NCBI GenBank assembly: GCA_020832235.1 | Contig: JAFIEZ010000005.1 | Coordinates: forward strand, 87,374-151,373 | Direction of reading: 5' to 3' | DNA length: 64,000 bases | DNA from: Bacteroidota bacterium | GTDB lineage: Bacteria; Bacteroidota; Rhodothermia; Balneolales; HLUCCA01 | Part shown: positions 1-10,758 of the stretch, in pieces | Numbering within the stretch: the first letter of the stretch is position 1 | How the letters are laid out: each line of letters starts with the position of its first letter | Made by a program: the position numbers and the translations under genes | The notes under the pieces: generated by a model | What the model was told of the DNA's origin: nothing | The model's input: the letters and a program-made list of their open reading frames with translations, nothing else | The model's database searches: none

Positions 1-14
1 CAATATGACGTCTC

Positions 15-575
15 ATGCTGTTATTTGCGCAACTTATCGAATCAGAATGGATTGAAGGCATTCGTGCCGGCGATGAGCGTGCGTTCCGTAAACTGTTTGA
101 TCGTTTCTATACTCCTTTGGCGGTATTTGCCGCAGAACATGTTGGGTCGTACGATGCCGGTCGTGAAATCACTCAGGAAGTATTCATCAAAATATGGAAC
201 AAACGTGCCGACTGGAATCCGGCTGCTGGTGCGTTGAAAACCTATTTGTACCGGGCTGTCTACAATCAATGTCTTAACTATATCAAGAAAGAAACCACCC
301 GCAAGAAGTATGAGGAAGAATCGAGTCAGCTAGTGCTTGCGGTGTCTGACCCTGCCGACGACAGTACGATGGAGCATGAACTCATGGCGGCCTTAGACAG
401 GGCCGTAAAACGGCTGCCTAAAAGACGTCAGGCTGTATTCGTACTGCACCGGCAACATGAAATGTCGGTTAAGGAGGTTGCTGAAGTGCTGGATATTTCC
501 CCAAAGACGGTGGAGAATCTTATGGGATTGGCCCTTAAGGACCTCCGTATGGCGCTCGAAAATTTCTTAAAATAA
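15..575 (+). CDS. ECF-type RNA polymerase sigma-70 factor
   Basis: 186-aa ORF. Region-2-like block 'FRKLFDRFYTPLAVFA...EVFIKIWNKR' and region-4 HTH 'MSVKEVAEVLDISPKTVENLMGLALKDLR'. A FecR gene follows directly. Confidence 0.9.
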   Translation: MLLFAQLIESEWIEGIRAGDERAFRKLFDRFYTPLAVFAAEHVGSYDAGREITQEVFIKIWNKRADWNPAAGALKTYLYRAVYNQCLNYIKKETTRKKYEEESSQLVLAVSDPADDSTMEHELMAALDRAVKRLPKRRQAVFVLHRQHEMSVKEVAEVLDISPKTVENLMGLALKDLRMALENFLK

Positions 576-607
576 ATTTTGGGGGAAAGCGCTTCCAGAA
601 CGGTCTT

Positions 608-1702
608 ATGCATATGAAGCAGTCTAAAAACACATTACAGGAGCATCATTGGGAAATGATGATCCGTTATTTTGACGGATGTTCTTCCTCAGATGAACGC
701 GCACGAGTTGATCAATTGATTCGTGAGGATGCAAATTTTGCCCGCGAAGTGAACCGCGCACATGTGATTTGGAAAGCATCCAAATATCGCCCTGTTGAGA
801 GTGCTGTACTCTCTTGTGATGTTAACAAAGATTGGCAGCGTATATTCGGAACAGTGCGAAATGGTGCTGATCATCCTCGCAAGTCTGCGATGTCTTCAAC
901 CCGGATTTCGCGCCACGTGCACCGCCGCTACGTTCAGGTTGTCCGTTTGGCGGCTATTCTGCTTATTACCATTTTGAGCAGTGTATTTATCACATACATG
1001 GCATTATCGCCGGCGGAAATACCATCCACTCCGGAAATTGTATTTCGTGAAATTCAAACCGATCGTAATCAGCGGGTGAATCTGTTGCTCAGCGACGGTA
1101 CCGGCGTGAGCTTGTCTGTTGAAAGTACGATTCGTATTCCAGAAAAATTTGCCCCAGACGTACGTGAAGTGGAATTGGTGGGTGAAGCCAGATTTGACGT
1201 CGCACATGCTCCATCAAGGCCGTTTATTATTCGCAGTGGAGATGTGACCGTAGAGGTATTGGGAACCGATTTTGGTGTTCGTGCATATGAAAATGAAAAC
1301 CGCATTGATGTAGTAGTTAAAAGTGGCAGCGTTGCGGTTGCACGCGAGGTAAAAGAAACCCCTGAACGAGTGGTATTAACTCCGGGTCAACTCGTAAGTG
1401 TGTACAGGTCAAGCGAAACTATGCAAACCCGATGGGTTAACCCAGAAGATTATCTGAGCTGGATGAGCGGAAGAATGAAGTTCTATGAAACACCTTTTAT
1501 TGAGGTTGTTCGTCAGCTCGAGCGTTGGTATGATATTGAAATTCAGATTACCAACAATGCCATTAACGATTATTCCCTCACCGCATTATTAGATATGCGG
1601 TCGATGCAAAATGTATTTGAAGTAATTGCACAGTCGCTTAAGCTCAACTATTACATATCAGACCAGACGGTTGTTCTGTCGCTGGATGAAGATATGTATT
1701 GA
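608..1702 (+). CDS. FecR-family anti-sigma factor / transmembrane sensor
   Basis: Single TM helix 'VVRLAAILLITILSSVFITYMAL'. FecR core 'LLSDGTGVSLSVESTIRIPE...GEARFDVAH...VEVLGTDFGVRAY'. C-terminal 'FIEVVRQLERWYDIEI' block. Sits between the sigma and SusC genes. Confidence 0.9.
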   Translation: MHMKQSKNTLQEHHWEMMIRYFDGCSSSDERARVDQLIREDANFAREVNRAHVIWKASKYRPVESAVLSCDVNKDWQRIFGTVRNGADHPRKSAMSSTRISRHVHRRYVQVVRLAAILLITILSSVFITYMALSPAEIPSTPEIVFREIQTDRNQRVNLLLSDGTGVSLSVESTIRIPEKFAPDVREVELVGEARFDVAHAPSRPFIIRSGDVTVEVLGTDFGVRAYENENRIDVVVKSGSVAVAREVKETPERVVLTPGQLVSVYRSSETMQTRWVNPEDYLSWMSGRMKFYETPFIEVVRQLERWYDIEIQITNNAINDYSLTALLDMRSMQNVFEVIAQSLKLNYYISDQTVVLSLDEDMY

Positions 1703-1799
1703 GCCGTGCGCCTGAATGGTGCTTAAATGTCGAATAAAACGGTAACCGAAGAAGAGGTCTAAGGTTACCATAAGGGTCAAATAAAAAGAAGGTACGTCA

Positions 1800-4700
1800 A
1801 TGATACATAGATGGATTACAATGTCTCTGATGGTGTCTCTGTTGATTCCGGTTCTTGCTTTAGGGCAGCGAGCCGATCAACGCGTAACGGCACTTGCCGC
1901 CAGTTCACTTACATCACAAAGTGAATCGGCTATCTTCTACACCGTTCGTGAATACCGCGATGATATTGCGGAATTACAGCGTCGTGTAGACGGATCGTTT
2001 GTGAATCAGCCCCGGAAGCAGGTTCTCATGGAAATAGCACGTCAGGGTAACCTGGGATTGGTTATTAATCCTGATATCCCTGCATTAAATGAGCCCGTGA
2101 ACATGGAGTTTGCCGATATTACGGTAGCCGATGCGCTGGCTCTCACACTGGCAGCTACTCCGTTTGAAGCTGCTTTGTCTCGCCATCGTGAAATTGTTAT
2201 GGTGAATAAGCCTCTGCCTACACGCAGTGCAGCCAGAACAACACAGCAGCAAGACAGAACACTAACAGGTACCATTGTGGATGCTGTAACAGAGGAGCCG
2301 CTTATTGGTGTAACCATTCAAGTGCGGGGCACCACCATTGGTGCAACCACAAACCTTGAGGGTTTCTACAGTTTGAACTTGCCTGAAGGGGCTGAAGTTC
2401 TGGTGGTGTCTTACGTTGGTTTCCGAACAGAAACCATTACAATTGGCGGGCGCAACGTGATTAACATCCGTCTGCAACCCGACGTATTGGGTCTTGAAGA
2501 TCTGATTGTAGTAGGATACGGTGTTCAGCAGCGTCGGGAAGTAACCGGATCGATCGCTTCGGTACCCATGGAGCAGATTCGTGAAATTCCTTCTGCTAGT
2601 TTTGAAAACGCCATCTTGGGTAGAGTAGCCGGTGTTCAGGTTCAAGAGCCTTCGGGTGTGCCGGGAGCCGGACCTGAAATTCGTATTCGGGGTGTTGCAA
2701 CCGTAACGGCCGGTACAGATCCGCTTTATGTAATTGATGGGTTTCCATTCACAAGAAATCCGTCGTTACAAGGTCGAAACCTGAGGTTGGGTGCCAACTT
2801 TACGGAGCCTGCAATTAATCCGCTGGCAACCATCAATCAAAACGATATTCAGTCTATTGAAATTCTGAAGGATGCTTCCGCTGCAGCGATTTACGGTTCG
2901 CGGGGTTCTAATGGTGTTGTGCTAGTGACTACCAACAGAGGTTTCCGGGATGGCCGCCCCGCACGTATTAACTACAACAGCTATGTAGGTGTGCAGGAAG
3001 TCGGTCGGCGCATTGACCTGATGAATGCAGAAGAACTTATCGATTTTGTGATTGATGCACGAAACAACAACTTTCGTCAGAAGTATCCCAATCTCACGCT
3101 GGTGAATCCTAGAACCAACGAGGGTCGCCCTAACGACGGGAACGTACTCATTCCGGAAAGCTTTATAAACTGGGATGGTACCGACACCGACTGGCAAGAT
3201 GAAATGTTCAGCCGCGCCCTCACCAGCAGCCATAACGTATCGGTAACCGGAGGTAACCGTGATGTTGGGTATTACATATCAGCAGGGGTTTTCTCACAAG
3301 ACGGTATTGTTGAGCGTACCGGCTTCGACCGTTACAGCCTTATGAGTAATGTTGAAGCGCGTGTTAACGATCGCCTGGAAGTGGGTATGACGTTTAACCC
3401 GTCGTACGCCGACCATAAGCGACTACCTGTTAACAACCCCTATTTCTCTCAACCACCGGGGGTAATATATTCCGGTATCGTTACCTCACCGACTGTTGTT
3501 CCACGCTTTGCTGACGGAACAATTAACCAGACCAATAATCAGGCACATATTGGCAATGGTATGACCGATGCGAGCAACCCGATTGCCATTATCGAGTATG
3601 TTGATGATCAGATACGTCATATCCGTGCTTTCGGTACGGCTTATGCCAACTATAAAATTTTCGATAATCTGGTATATCGCGCTTACTTCGGTGTAGATGT
3701 AAACGATTTCAAGCGTGACTTCTACCTTGCCAGAGACTTCCGTTTCCGAACGCAGACAACCGGAAACCCATACGCTCAGGCAAATGCTTCTCGGTCACTG
3801 AACTGGCTAACAGAGCACACGGTTAATTTCAACAATGAAACAGGCAACCACCGGTACAATATATTGGCGGGTTTTACAGCCCAGCGTGAAGAAGTAACGC
3901 AAAACATGGTATTTGCAGTAAACTTCCCGGATGATCTTGTGCGAACGTTGAATGCCGGTCAGATAGCCGGTGGATTCAGCCAGGCAGAAGAGTGGTCGCT
4001 GCTGTCTTACCTGTCCAGAATTAACTACACCTATCTCGACAGGTACTTCACAACGATCTCGATTCGTGGTGACCGGTCTTCCCGATTTGGTAGAGATAAT
4101 CAGTGGGGCTTCTTCCCGTCTGTTTCTGCAGGCTGGCTTGCCTCGGAAGAAAATTTCTTCCAAGACATCCGTCAGATTAACTACCTGCGTCTACGCGCAA
4201 GCATTGGTCAGACAGGGAACTTCCTCATCCCCAACTATGGTGCTATCGGACTTCTCGGAGCTGAGAACTATCCGCTTGGAACCGCCGTCTTTGGAGGAGT
4301 TGCTCCTAATACCATCAGTAACCGTCAGTTAAGTTGGGAAACAACAACACAAAGCGGTATTGGTCTGGATTTGGGCGCCCTTGAAGACAGAATAACGTTT
4401 ACGTTTGATTACTACTATGCCGTAACGACAGACCTGTTGTTGAATGTAAATATACCTTCAGCCTTTGGCTACACTACGGCGCTCACCAACATTGGTGAAG
4501 TTCTCAACAAAGGATTTGAAGTGGCGCTTACTACCCGTAATACAACCGGTGCGTTCCGTTGGTCTACCGACTTCAATTACTCAACCAATCATAACGAAGT
4601 GTTGAAGCTAGGCCCTGAGGGAGATCCTATTCTTTCTGCCGGGGGTGCTGGTATCCGCCATATTACCAAGGTCGGCCATCCGATAGGCAGCTACTACGGA

Positions 4701-5375
4701 TTCGTTACAGACGGGTTATACCTCACACCGGAAGATCTTGCAAATCGTCTGCCAGATGCGTTTGCACCAAATCCAGGTCTGGGTGACTTCAGATTCAAAG
4801 ATATCAACGGTGATGGCGTTATCGACTCGAACGACCGTACTGTAATTGGTAATTACATGCCGGATTTCATCTTCGGTATTACCAACCGGTTTGCGTATCG
4901 CGGACTTGATGCAAGCATCTTCTTCCAGGGTGTTGTCGGTGGAGAGGTTCTCAACCTAACCTCCCGCCACCTCAAGAACGGGGAAGGTAACTTCAACAGT
5001 TATGCAGCGTTCAACGACCGATGGAGATCTCCTGAAGATCCTGGCAATGGGAAGTTCCCGCGTGCCGATCGACAGACCGGTGCCTTCGGTGGAGGAAACG
5101 ATCGACCTTCAGACTTCCAGGTAGAAGACGCCACGTATTTCCGAATCAGGAATATTACCATGGGTTACAACATCCCAAGTCGTGTCTTGGGCAACTCCAT
5201 AAGTAGTGCCCGTGTGTATGCTTCGGTTAACAACGTGATTACCTGGACCAAATACCTCGGATTCAATCCTGAAGTAAACAACTGGTCGGGAGCAAGTATG
5301 TTAACACAGGGTGAAGATTATGGTGCGCATCCAATGATTCGTACCTACACGCTCGGCATCAATGTGTCATTATAA
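1800..5375 (+). CDS. SusC/RagA-family TonB-linked outer membrane transporter with N-terminal STN signalling extension
   Basis: Signal peptide, then an STN-like segment ('ADITVADALALTLAATPFEAAL'). CarboxypepD_reg-like 'LTGTIVDAVTEEPLIGVTIQVRG...GFYSLNL'. TonB-box/plug 'DLIVVGYGVQQRREVTGSIASV'. C-terminal barrel ends 'YTLGINVSL'. The start could be 1821. Confidence 0.9.
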   Translation: MIHRWITMSLMVSLLIPVLALGQRADQRVTALAASSLTSQSESAIFYTVREYRDDIAELQRRVDGSFVNQPRKQVLMEIARQGNLGLVINPDIPALNEPVNMEFADITVADALALTLAATPFEAALSRHREIVMVNKPLPTRSAARTTQQQDRTLTGTIVDAVTEEPLIGVTIQVRGTTIGATTNLEGFYSLNLPEGAEVLVVSYVGFRTETITIGGRNVINIRLQPDVLGLEDLIVVGYGVQQRREVTGSIASVPMEQIREIPSASFENAILGRVAGVQVQEPSGVPGAGPEIRIRGVATVTAGTDPLYVIDGFPFTRNPSLQGRNLRLGANFTEPAINPLATINQNDIQSIEILKDASAAAIYGSRGSNGVVLVTTNRGFRDGRPARINYNSYVGVQEVGRRIDLMNAEELIDFVIDARNNNFRQKYPNLTLVNPRTNEGRPNDGNVLIPESFINWDGTDTDWQDEMFSRALTSSHNVSVTGGNRDVGYYISAGVFSQDGIVERTGFDRYSLMSNVEARVNDRLEVGMTFNPSYADHKRLPVNNPYFSQPPGVIYSGIVTSPTVVPRFADGTINQTNNQAHIGNGMTDASNPIAIIEYVDDQIRHIRAFGTAYANYKIFDNLVYRAYFGVDVNDFKRDFYLARDFRFRTQTTGNPYAQANASRSLNWLTEHTVNFNNETGNHRYNILAGFTAQREEVTQNMVFAVNFPDDLVRTLNAGQIAGGFSQAEEWSLLSYLSRINYTYLDRYFTTISIRGDRSSRFGRDNQWGFFPSVSAGWLASEENFFQDIRQINYLRLRASIGQTGNFLIPNYGAIGLLGAENYPLGTAVFGGVAPNTISNRQLSWETTTQSGIGLDLGALEDRITFTFDYYYAVTTDLLLNVNIPSAFGYTTALTNIGEVLNKGFEVALTTRNTTGAFRWSTDFNYSTNHNEVLKLGPEGDPILSAGGAGIRHITKVGHPIGSYYGFVTDGLYLTPEDLANRLPDAFAPNPGLGDFRFKDINGDGVIDSNDRTVIGNYMPDFIFGITNRFAYRGLDASIFFQGVVGGEVLNLTSRHLKNGEGNFNSYAAFNDRWRSPEDPGNGKFPRADRQTGAFGGGNDRPSDFQVEDATYFRIRNITMGYNIPSRVLGNSISSARVYASVNNVITWTKYLGFNPEVNNWSGASMLTQGEDYGAHPMIRTYTLGINVSL

Positions 5376-5400
5376 CGTCAAGGATAAACGAGGTATAACC

Positions 5401-6783
5401 ATGAAAGCAAAATTAACAGTTATCATCCTGGCGTTGTTTGTGATCTCCTGCGGAGATGATTTCACGAACCTGGCGCCAATATCGCAGCGTAACGTAGATA
5501 ATTTCTTTACGAACGCAAATGACTTCGAACTCGCTTTAAACGGAGCTTATTCTGCACTGCATCTCGATGGGATGTACAGTCAGAGCCTGTGGGTGATGTT
5601 CGAAATGAGATCTGATAATACAGATCAGGGACCGGATGTTACCGGTTTGGCAAATGAACTGGCCGTGATTCACGCATTTAATGAAAATTCGCTGAATCAA
5701 TTCCTGGGGGATATGTATCGCGATCACTATGTCCTGATAAACAGGGCGAATGTGATTTTAGATCGTATCGATGGCGTGCAGATGAATCAGACACAGCGCG
5801 ATCATATACGTGGTCAGGCGCTGTTCCTGCGATCTTTGGCGTACTATAATTTGTCGCTGGCTTTTGCCAATGTTCCACTAATTCTCACCGAGATAACCGA
5901 CATCAACCAGCGAATTACGCAAAGTAACCGAAATGCCATCCTCCAGCAGGTCGCTCTTGATCTTGCAACGGCGGAGGGCTTATTACCGGATGCATATCCA
6001 GCAGGTCAGTTAGGTCGTGCAACCAAAGGCGCCGCGGCTTCACTTCTGGGTAAGGTACACCTTACGCTGGGCAACAACTCAGAAGCTGAAACGGTGCTTC
6101 GCCGGGTGTTAACTATGGGTTATAGCCTGGTTACCGATTACGCGGACCTTTGGGGAGTTGGCAATAGCAACAATTCAGAGTCTATCTTTGAGGTACAGTA
6201 CCGGTCTGGAGGCCTTGGTACCGGTTCGCCGTTTACCAACTATTTCTCTCCGAGTCCGTTACTGCAAAACGGCTTAGGAAATGCCCGAAACCGCCCTACG
6301 GAAGAAATGTGGGCCGCTTATGAGCCCGGAGATTCGCGAAGAGATGTGTCTATGGCCCTCACGTATGTGAATCCCAATACCAACGCAGTAGTTGAAGCAA
6401 GGCATATTCTGAAATATCGAAGTGAGCCGTTTCAGAACAATGATTCTGACATCAACTGGCCTGTAATTCGGTATGCAGATGTGCTGCTGATGCTCGCAGA
6501 GGCTATTGGTGAATCGCCAGAGGCGTACGGTCTGATTAATCAGGTTCGTAACCGTGCTGGCCTGAGTCCGATAGATGCGAATACGCCTGGAAGTTTTGAA
6601 GATAAACTTCTGCAGGAGCGCAGGGTTGAGCTGGCCTTTGAAAATCACCGATGGGCCGACTTGCTTCGCTTCAACCGAGCAGTTCCAGCGATGCAAGAGT
6701 TAGGACTCAATGCACGGTTGTTGTTCCCGATTCCGCAACGTGAAATTGATGTAACACCTGGTTTCCAGCAGAACCCACAATAA
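5401..6783 (+). CDS. RagB/SusD-family nutrient-binding outer membrane lipoprotein
   Basis: Lipoprotein signal 'MKAKLTVIILALFVISCGDD' at internal ATG 5401. SusD-like blocks 'ALFLRSLAYYNLSLAFANVPL', 'IRYADVLLMLAEA', 'ERRVELAFENHRWADLLR'. Directly downstream of SusC. Confidence 0.9.
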   Translation: MKAKLTVIILALFVISCGDDFTNLAPISQRNVDNFFTNANDFELALNGAYSALHLDGMYSQSLWVMFEMRSDNTDQGPDVTGLANELAVIHAFNENSLNQFLGDMYRDHYVLINRANVILDRIDGVQMNQTQRDHIRGQALFLRSLAYYNLSLAFANVPLILTEITDINQRITQSNRNAILQQVALDLATAEGLLPDAYPAGQLGRATKGAAASLLGKVHLTLGNNSEAETVLRRVLTMGYSLVTDYADLWGVGNSNNSESIFEVQYRSGGLGTGSPFTNYFSPSPLLQNGLGNARNRPTEEMWAAYEPGDSRRDVSMALTYVNPNTNAVVEARHILKYRSEPFQNNDSDINWPVIRYADVLLMLAEAIGESPEAYGLINQVRNRAGLSPIDANTPGSFEDKLLQERRVELAFENHRWADLLRFNRAVPAMQELGLNARLLFPIPQREIDVTPGFQQNPQ

Positions 6784-6798
6784 TTAAAAGCTCGAAAT

Positions 6799-6833
6799 AT
6801 GGAGGTTGCTGCCCACATGGCAACCTCCATTTA
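6799..6833 (+). terminator. Hairpin downstream of the SusD gene (putative intrinsic terminator)
   Basis: Perfect 11-bp stem, atggaggttgc (6799-6809) with gcaacctccat (6820-6830), followed by a short 'ttt'. The U-tract is weak. Confidence 0.45.
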
Positions 6834-6869
6834 CTACAACATAACGTCTACTAACCCCGGAAAACTATC

Positions 6870-7769
6870 ATGAAGTATTTACTCTCCTTTGCCGCAATGC
6901 TGCTCTTGGGTTCGGTGTTTCTTGCTCCGCCTGTACAGGCACAGGATGACCGACCATTGCGTATCATAGCTATTTTTGCTCACCCTGATGATGCTGAAGC
7001 CAAGATGGGCGGTACAGCAGCACTTTGGGCCCAGATGGGTCATGAAGTGAAGTTCGTATCGCTTACAAACGGTGATCATGGTCATCAGGATATGGGAGGC
7101 GGTCCTCTCGCCAACCGCAGAAGAGCAGAATCGTATGAGGCTGCCCGTCGTCTTGGCGTTAAGGAATACAAAGTGTACGACAATCATGATGCCCAGTTAA
7201 TGCCTCATCTTCATATTCGTCATGATGTTATTCGTGACATACGTAATTGGAATGCGGATGTCGTTATTGGACTTAGAACCAACGATTACCACCCCGATCA
7301 CCGCTATGCTGGTGTTCTTGTAATGGATGCGGCCTACATGGTAGTGGTTCCCAATGTTACACCCGATACACCACCGTTGGCCAGAAACCCTGTGTTTCTC
7401 TACATGCAAGATCGTTTTCAGCGGCCATACCCATTCCAAAACGATATTGTTGTGGCCATCGACAACGTGATAGACCTTAAAATCGACGGCCTAGACGCCC
7501 ATGAATCTCAGATGTACGAGTGGTTGCCATGGGTTGCCGGAACACTCGATCAAGTTCCGGAAGGTGCTGCCGAGCGACGTGCATGGCTGGCACAGCGATG
7601 GGTTCGTCCAAATGTTACCGATGCCCACATGCCTGCACTCGAAAAATTCTATGGTCCAGAAGTAGCACGACAAATTCAATACGTAGAAGGGTTTGAAATA
7701 GCTGAATATGGTCGTCAGCCTTCTGACGAGGAAATCAGACGATTATTCCCGATGTTAGGCAATTTCTAA
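6870..7769 (+). CDS. Secreted PIG-L/LmbE-family N-acetylglucosaminyl deacetylase
   Basis: Signal peptide 'MKYLLSFAAMLLLGSVFLAPPVQA'. PIG-L signature 'IIAIFAHPDDAEAKMGGTAA' and a later 'HPDH' block. Confidence 0.8.
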   Translation: MKYLLSFAAMLLLGSVFLAPPVQAQDDRPLRIIAIFAHPDDAEAKMGGTAALWAQMGHEVKFVSLTNGDHGHQDMGGGPLANRRRAESYEAARRLGVKEYKVYDNHDAQLMPHLHIRHDVIRDIRNWNADVVIGLRTNDYHPDHRYAGVLVMDAAYMVVVPNVTPDTPPLARNPVFLYMQDRFQRPYPFQNDIVVAIDNVIDLKIDGLDAHESQMYEWLPWVAGTLDQVPEGAAERRAWLAQRWVRPNVTDAHMPALEKFYGPEVARQIQYVEGFEIAEYGRQPSDEEIRRLFPMLGNF

Positions 7770-7776
7770 TGGTTAG

Positions 7777-7821
7777 GGTATCCGGTTATTAGCCTGGCTT
7801 TTGCCGGATACCTGCTTTTTT
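7777..7821 (+). terminator. Rho-independent terminator after the PIG-L gene
   Basis: 9-bp perfect stem, ggtatccgg (7777-7785) with ccggatacc (7804-7812), followed by 'tgctttttt'. Confidence 0.55.
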
Positions 7822-7904
7822 ACTGATGGTGATCTTCACCTATTGGCAAAATCTGCCATAATCTTTCCCTCCTTTCCAGTCTATATCTAAACATCAGGCC
7901 GATT

Positions 7905-10577
7905 ATGCTATTCAACAGATTTCTCAACGTCTGTGCATTGCTTCTAGCTGCAGTCCTCATCTTGCCAACCTATTCCATTGCACAATCAACAGGAAGTATT
8001 CCTCTTACAGTTGACGCTGTGCCGGGAAGTCCGGTAACCATGGGAATACCATTTCCCCAAGGTGTACTCCATTCGCCAGACCACATCCGGATTCTCGACA
8101 ATCGTGGCAATGAAATCCCTGCACAGGTAACAGAGGTTTCTACCTGGGAACCAGCCGACCATAGTATTAAATGGGTTTGGGTGTTCTTTTTTGCGGAATC
8201 TGGGGATGCGTATCAGCTGGAGTATGGTGAAAATGTTCGGCGCCATGCGGTATATCCCAATCGCGTAATTATCAAAAACAATCAACGTGAAACAGGGGGA
8301 ATAGAAGTAGATACCGGCACACTTCGATTTACGGTTGATAAACGCAATGCTGGTGGTTTTCTTGATAAAATTGAGGTGAACCCATCGGGTAATGGCTACA
8401 GCGATGAGCACCTGCTGGCGGGAAGTCCACTTGGAAGAGGTTCATTCCTGGATATGCTCGATGAAAACGGTCCTGATTCTTCCCGTGCCGTTATTGACCA
8501 GATATTTGTTGAAAAAGGCAGCGGACCTTTGCACGCCATCATCCGAATTGAAGGTGAATATCGATTCAATAGAGACGATAATCCCACATCCCCATTTATC
8601 ACACGTGTGCATGCGTATGCCGGTCGTGAATACATCCGGGTTTATCATACCATTACATATACAGGTACCCCCGACCAGAGCGAACCTCTGGGCGATAAGC
8701 AGCATCCTGCCGTTGCCACCCGGTTGGGTCCTATGGTTGACGAGGCTGCCCGAGAGCAGGATCAGGGGTTAACCAAACCTCAGGACATGATTAAGGCTAC
8801 AGGGCTTACATTTTCTCCGAATTTTACTCCAACCCTAGTACGTACCGGCTATTTTGAGGGCTCCTGGTATGCTCCGGGAAATGAACGCACGTATAACGGT
8901 GAAATTGCAGGAAGCGGAATAACCTCGGTATTTCAGACGGGACCTAAGCCAACCGGAATTCCGCCTGTGCCCAATTCAACACCCGATGAACGTATAAACG
9001 GCTTTATTGGCAGTATTTCAAATTCAGGAAGTGAGGCCGTTTCGGCGGAACGTATGGCGGGTTGGATGCACATTTCGGATGGTCAGCGAGGTATCAGCAT
9101 GGCTATTCGTAACTTTGTGGAGGAATATCCGAAGGAGATTTTATTTGACGCCGACGCGGGTATTTTCAAAGGCTACCTATGGTCGCCACAGGCCGGACCC
9201 ATGAGCTTCGAGCGAGCCAGCACCCGTCGCGACGGCGATATGGTAGCCAACTTTGCTACCGGACTCACGAAAACCACGGAGCTGAGTTTTTATTTCCATC
9301 AGGCCGGCGTTCGAGAAGATCAGCTGAGCCAGGCTCACGCACTTGTACTGCAAGTGCCTGTTGGGAATGCGCCGCCATCGTGGTATGCCGCTTCAGGTGC
9401 CTTTGGGAATATGGGTCCTGCCAGCGAGCGTTTTGCGACGTACGAGCGCGGGCTTTCACACAAATTCGATTGGTTTTTGTTTAATCAAAACTGGGAGCCC
9501 TGGTATGGTATGTTCTATTTTGGCGATGGTAAAACCAATTTTTACAACGATAACTGGATTATGTGGGGCTTGAACGAACCCGCCCAGGATGGCATGTGGT
9601 GGTATCAGTTCATGCGCACAGGTGAGAGCAAATATTACCGTGCTGCACAACACATGAGCAGGCACTCGATGGATATCGGCAATATACACTGGCCTGTAAA
9701 ACCTCGTTTTCGTGGAGATACCAACCTCACCGTAGACTGGTTTGAGCATGAAGCTCTGCCGGAGTCGAGTCCTTACGTGGGAATGGGCAGAAGGCACGGT
9801 GCCCAGCCCTGGACGTCCGTCTTATCGGCTCACGTATGGACACCCGGATGGGTCATGGCCTACTATCTGGATGGATATCATCGTGGTCTGGATGTTGCAA
9901 AACTTACCGCTGACCACATTGTAAGGCGCGTTTGGGGTGAGCACGATTATCGTGGACGTCGTTTGTATCTGGGAATTTTCAACATGGCAGCTGTTTACGA
10001 TGCTACGAAAGACCCGGTATACTTTGAGGAACTGAGCTATAGAGTTGAGCTTGCTATGCAAATCCAGGCCACAGACGGGTGGTCGCTGAATATTGACCGG
10101 TACGGATATGCACAGATTTATAACTCCCATGGGTTGATGCAGTTTTACCAGATGACCGGCGATGAACGTGTGGCGCGTGCTCTAATAAGGCATGCACAGC
10201 GTGTTCGCGATGTAAAACCCTTCGACCATGATATGGAGTCCTATTTGTCTAGCATTCACAGTCTATTGGTTGGCTATGAATTAAGCGGAGAGCGGAGTCT
10301 GTTAGATACGGCCATCCGTCGTTCACGTTACCTGCAGACCGACGCCCTGTCAGCTCCTGTAACAGGGGATATCACTCAGCGGGCCTATGCCGAGCTTTTG
10401 GAACAAGCCAGCAATTTGCCGGGCTTTGATGAAGGTCGTGCTCACCCATTCTTCGGTACGCGGCCGATTTGGTCGGCATCCAACGGCTTACGTGTATTTG
10501 GCTGGACTCATGCTTTTAACGTGCCCTGGTTGGTTTATTATCTCGATAAATACGACATCGATCCAGAAACAAACTAA
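7905..10577 (+). CDS. Secreted 890-aa protein of unassigned family; last gene of the PUL-like locus and a candidate glycan-active enzyme
   Basis: Long uninterrupted ORF with signal peptide 'MLFNRFLNVCALLLAAVLILPTYSIAQ'. The C-terminal half is rich in helix-hairpin-like W/Y/H/R blocks ('YYRAAQHMSRHSMDIGNIHW', 'GWVMAYYLDGYHRG'). I could not assign a catalytic family by eye. Confidence 0.8.
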   Translation: MLFNRFLNVCALLLAAVLILPTYSIAQSTGSIPLTVDAVPGSPVTMGIPFPQGVLHSPDHIRILDNRGNEIPAQVTEVSTWEPADHSIKWVWVFFFAESGDAYQLEYGENVRRHAVYPNRVIIKNNQRETGGIEVDTGTLRFTVDKRNAGGFLDKIEVNPSGNGYSDEHLLAGSPLGRGSFLDMLDENGPDSSRAVIDQIFVEKGSGPLHAIIRIEGEYRFNRDDNPTSPFITRVHAYAGREYIRVYHTITYTGTPDQSEPLGDKQHPAVATRLGPMVDEAAREQDQGLTKPQDMIKATGLTFSPNFTPTLVRTGYFEGSWYAPGNERTYNGEIAGSGITSVFQTGPKPTGIPPVPNSTPDERINGFIGSISNSGSEAVSAERMAGWMHISDGQRGISMAIRNFVEEYPKEILFDADAGIFKGYLWSPQAGPMSFERASTRRDGDMVANFATGLTKTTELSFYFHQAGVREDQLSQAHALVLQVPVGNAPPSWYAASGAFGNMGPASERFATYERGLSHKFDWFLFNQNWEPWYGMFYFGDGKTNFYNDNWIMWGLNEPAQDGMWWYQFMRTGESKYYRAAQHMSRHSMDIGNIHWPVKPRFRGDTNLTVDWFEHEALPESSPYVGMGRRHGAQPWTSVLSAHVWTPGWVMAYYLDGYHRGLDVAKLTADHIVRRVWGEHDYRGRRLYLGIFNMAAVYDATKDPVYFEELSYRVELAMQIQATDGWSLNIDRYGYAQIYNSHGLMQFYQMTGDERVARALIRHAQRVRDVKPFDHDMESYLSSIHSLLVGYELSGERSLLDTAIRRSRYLQTDALSAPVTGDITQRAYAELLEQASNLPGFDEGRAHPFFGTRPIWSASNGLRVFGWTHAFNVPWLVYYLDKYDIDPETN

Positions 10578-10758
10578 ATCACGGTGCCCTATAGCTGGGA
10601 TGTTCTACGCTTAACGCACCACGCATTTAGGGAAAATTGAAATCACACTACCCAAAACCTGTCAATAACATAATCTTAATTGTACACGGCTACTATCTCG
10701 TTTCCATTGACTCAACCAAGGCATCACGACTATTCATAGGCAGATGCCTCCTCGACAC

